Assembly: GCA_964249285.1 (NCBI GenBank)
Contig: CAXUBG010000007.1
Span: forward strand, 1 to 38,360
DNA length: 38,360 nt
DNA from: an uncultured Terriglobus sp.
GTDB lineage: Bacteria; Acidobacteriota; Terriglobia; Terriglobales; Acidobacteriaceae
Direction: 5' to 3'
Numbering within the stretch: the first letter of the stretch is position 1; each line of letters opens with the position of its first letter. Position numbers and translations under genes: made by a program. The notes below the pieces were generated by a model. The model had not been told where the DNA came from. It was given only the letters and a program-made list of their open reading frames with translations, and made no database searches. Positions 37,605-38,360 of this stretch are shown in pieces.

Positions 37605-38360
37605 ATGAAGTTTGACGGGCGTGTTGCAGTAGTGACCGGCGCGGGCAGCGGCTTTGGCGAGGGCATCGCGAAGCTCTTCGCCCGCGAGGGTGCGCGCGTC
37701 GTCGTGGCGGACATCCGTCATGAGGGCGCGGAAAGAGTCACCCGGGAGATCAAGGAAGCCGGCGGCCACGCCGTCATGTGCATCACGGACGTGACGCGCA
37801 ACGAACAGGTCTCCGCCATGGTACGCAAGGCCCAGGACACCTTCGGGCGGCTCGACATCATGGTCAACAACGCGGGCATCACGCACCGTTCGCAGCCCAT
37901 GCTGGAGGTTGATGAAGCCACCTTCGACCGCGTCTATGCGGTGAATGTGAAAAGCCTGTACCTCTCCGCCAAGCACGTGGTGCCCGTCTTTCAACGCGCG
38001 GGTTGCGGCGTCATCATCAACATCGCGTCCACCGCCGGTGTGCGGCCCAGGCCCGGGCTGACCTGGTACAACGGGTCAAAAGGCGCGGCAATCATCCTCA
38101 CCAAGTCCATGGCAGTCGAACTTGCTCCGCTGAAGATTCGCGTCTGCGCGGTCAATCCGGTCATGGGCGAAACCGGCTTGCTCGCGGACTTCCTTCCCGG
38201 CGGCGAGGACACGCCGGAAGCCCGCGCCAAAGTGATTACCGGCATCCCGCTGGGCCGCCTGTCCCGCCCGCTGGACGTCGCCCGCGCCGTCGCCTTCCTC
38301 GCCAGCGACGAGGCAGATTTCATCACCGGCGTCTGCCTCGAAGTAGACGGCGGCCGGTGT
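37605..38360 (+). CDS. SDR oxidoreductase (FabG-like; stop just beyond right edge)
   Basis: Hand translation gives MKFDGRVAVVTGAGSGFGEGIA...VNNAG...WYNGSKG...FITGVCLEVDGGRC; GGAGG SD. Missing from the ORF track. Alternative ATG at 37599. Confidence 0.9.
   Translation, partial: MKFDGRVAVVTGAGSGFGEGIAKLFAREGARVVVADIRHEGAERVTREIKEAGGHAVMCITDVTRNEQVSAMVRKAQDTFGRLDIMVNNAGITHRSQPMLEVDEATFDRVYAVNVKSLYLSAKHVVPVFQRAGCGVIINIASTAGVRPRPGLTWYNGSKGAAIILTKSMAVELAPLKIRVCAVNPVMGETGLLADFLPGGEDTPEARAKVITGIPLGRLSRPLDVARAVAFLASDEADFITGVCLEVDGGRC

Overview
A GC-rich bacterial chromosomal window of mostly housekeeping and stress genes. Gene content and protein style suggest Acidobacteriota (Terriglobus/Granulicella-like); this assignment is inference. 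From left to right: a TonB-dependent receptor running off the left edge (absent from the ORF track), a stand-alone gyrB, rpmI-rplT (no infC, 199-nt structured spacer), an M1 aminopeptidase, DUF1223, a GH13 alpha-glucosidase, a DprE1-like oxidase, DUF2076, a class-V aminotransferase, YqeY, RNase HI followed by a small CxCGCG protein, secreted hypotheticals, bcp, a DprE2-like SDR, serA, an FmdB zinc ribbon, DUF6496, a pseudo-receiver, two tandem Crp/Fnr regulators, a carboxylesterase, DUF2007-queC, two disrupted convergent genes (a TPR protein and a GT2), an acyltransferase, Prim-PolC/small lipoprotein/LigC, DUF1801, and a 2-hydroxyacid dehydrogenase-gabD-SDR operon running off the right edge. 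I saw no rRNA, tRNA, CRISPR, transposase or prophage. The most notable signals are: (1) a pseudoknot-capable RNA with an anti-SD between rpmI and rplT; (2) six genes with an exact TANNNT-N6-start leaderless layout; (3) an 11-bp-period PHO-box-like array before the TonB receptor; (4) an RNase HI with an extra C-terminal beta-domain coupled to a small putative zinc protein; (5) a recurring GCATC upstream motif. Family names come from motif recognition only; no database searches were run.
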